Shown here piece after piece: positions 62,472-64,000 of a stretch of 64,000 bases of DNA (position 1 is the first letter of the stretch; each line of letters begins with the position of its first letter). The stretch is from positions 13,733 through 77,732 of the forward strand of contig FLMG01004054.1 in NCBI GenBank assembly GCA_900088475.1, written 5' to 3'. This DNA is from Hyphochytrium catenoides (taxonomy: Eukaryota > Protista > Hyphochytriomycota). The notes below the pieces were generated by a model, which saw nothing but the letters and a program-made list of their open reading frames with translations, had not been told where the DNA came from and did no database searches. Both the position numbers and the translations under genes were made by a program.

Positions 62472-62580
62472 CCTCCTGGACGACAGTGGTGCCATTCCTC
62501 CTGGAGAAAAGTGGCACTGCTCCTGGACGAACAGTGGCACTCCTCCTGGACGAACAGTGGCACTCCTCCTGGACGAACAG
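62468..62580. repeat. ~23-bp minisatellite, about 5 copies (CACTCCTCCTGGACGAACAGTGG)
   Basis: Directly visible head-to-tail copies with no spacers. Confidence 0.88.
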
Positions 62581-63094
62581 GCGAGGGGAGGGGATGGCCC
62601 AGCACAGGATAGATAGGAAGTATGGCATACTACAAGGCCCTTCTTGATTTTTCTCCTGCGCCCGAGTTGCACTTCGGACGAGTGGTCCACTTCTTGTTGT
62701 TGTTAGGCAGGAGCCTCTGCACCTTCTTTCCTTTCCTCTTTTGTAGCTTAGGCTGCGCCTGCAGCCCTTTCGAGGCTAGCAGCATGCAACATGTCCGACT
62801 AGCTAACCAGAAGATCTCTGTGGTTACTTTTTCGTCCCATGAACGGAGATATGCTAAGCTGAACTAACCTAGCTGAACAAATATTGCTATTCTTAACAAG
62901 ATAGTTAAATCTCTTGCAATATCCATTGTTACTTGAGCTCTTTTTGTCCTTTCTTCGTACTCAATCAGTTTGCTAGCGTCGACAACAGCGACTGAATGAC
63001 TTGAAGTTGTCATTTGCCAGAATAGCGGCCTGGCGTTCTCTTTCTGTATCGATCTAAGTTGTCCCAAAACCCAACATTAATCGACATAGCTGCA

Positions 63095-64000
63095 ATGACA
63101 TCATCACTGCCGTTATCTCAGGAAATGACGTATATCGGAGCGCGGGGCACTGTATGGCAGCCGATATCAGTAGTTCTATTAATTGTGAGTCTAACGGCCG
63201 CCCCCCTGCTTTCCTTCCTGCTCTGGCGACGGAGGAATCACTTCCCAATCAACTCCATGCCAATATTCCTTCCTATCGTTACCCAGATTGGCGCCTCACT
63301 GTACATTGTCAACCTTCTGAAGACAATGATCTCTCACTCCGCAGTCAACTGTGGAGTCTTTCATGCGCTTTCATACTTTGGTACGCTGTAGCGAGCATGT
63401 GACTCCTGCTATTTCTTTCGTGTTGTCTGACCAATTTATAGCTTTTCTAAGGGTAGTTAATTGCTTCCTGTCATTCACGGCATTCTAGGCACGCCACATC
63501 TGCCGTCGGTCATCTTCCGCTTTTTCACCTTGCTCATAATACCTAACTCACACATTTTTGGAAGAACAGATGTATTCCCTTTCTTCACGGGGACCATGCT
63601 CCAGCAGTTCCGAACCTGGTTTGTTTTCCATCTTCAGAAGAGCATGTCCTCACATCAGCAGAACTGCTTCACACGGTTCTCACCGATAATAAGCGACAAG
63701 AGCATCGCTCTTCTGCTTATGACAAGTGGTCTCTTGCTGTTCATTCAGCCTTTACTGCTACTTGTCAATCATCAAGGTGTGCTGGACAAAAGCGCTACAT
63801 ACTTCATAAGAGACAGAGCGAGCTTGCAACGATCCAGACCTTGTCTAGTTCGCACGGAAGAAGAGGTATGAGAATAATGTAATAGTGGGCGTGCCTCTGT
63901 AACTACTGATGATGCCTTGGTGGTAGCTGTTTTCCATCTTTATTTGAGCGAGCAGCACCGAGAAGGTGCCAGCCCCTTGTTGTAAGTCGGTCAAGCCCTG
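63095..64000 (+). CDS. Multi-pass membrane protein, 7TM/GPCR-like (resembles the TM region of 7TM-RGS-type proteins); truncated by the window end
   Basis: TM1 is followed by WRRRNHFPIN, then TM2, an extracellular Cys (AVNC), TM3 with QFRTWFVF, and TM4. Intron TTTG|GTACGC...GAACAG|ATGTA is in phase; the next donor is at ~63866. Confidence 0.6.

Noticed and set aside
62468-62580. CRISPR-like array
   Set aside because: Repeats are head-to-tail without unique spacers, no cas genes are present, and the context is eukaryotic.

Overview
Intron-rich, gene-dense eukaryotic nuclear DNA read with the standard genetic code. It is most consistent with a flagellated stramenopile near the oomycetes; this is an inference from the C3H-type zinc-finger ORF, the bromodomain style and the beta-tubulin. 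I reconstructed about 16 protein-coding genes by hand from GT/GC-AG introns. They include a MAPKBP1/WDR62-like WD40 protein, a nucleotide-sugar transporter, an RIIa-domain guanylate kinase, a STIMATE/YPL162C-family protein, a DHHC palmitoyltransferase, beta-tubulin, a P4-ATPase flippase, an HMG-box protein, a large membrane protein and the start of a multi-TM receptor-like gene. The most unusual items are domain architectures that only appear after splicing. (1) A ~12-kb gene joins a dynein-type microtubule-binding domain (no motor) to a serine-less alpha/beta-hydrolase fold, IQ motifs, SAM and ankyrin repeats. (2) A Mediator Med19-like domain is fused to a bromodomain. (3) A P4-ATPase has an extra N-terminal multi-TM module. 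(4) A 9-nt microexon supplies the catalytic Cys of the DHHC enzyme. No rRNA, tRNA, CRISPR array or intact transposon was recognised. All exon structures are manual predictions, without transcript or database support.
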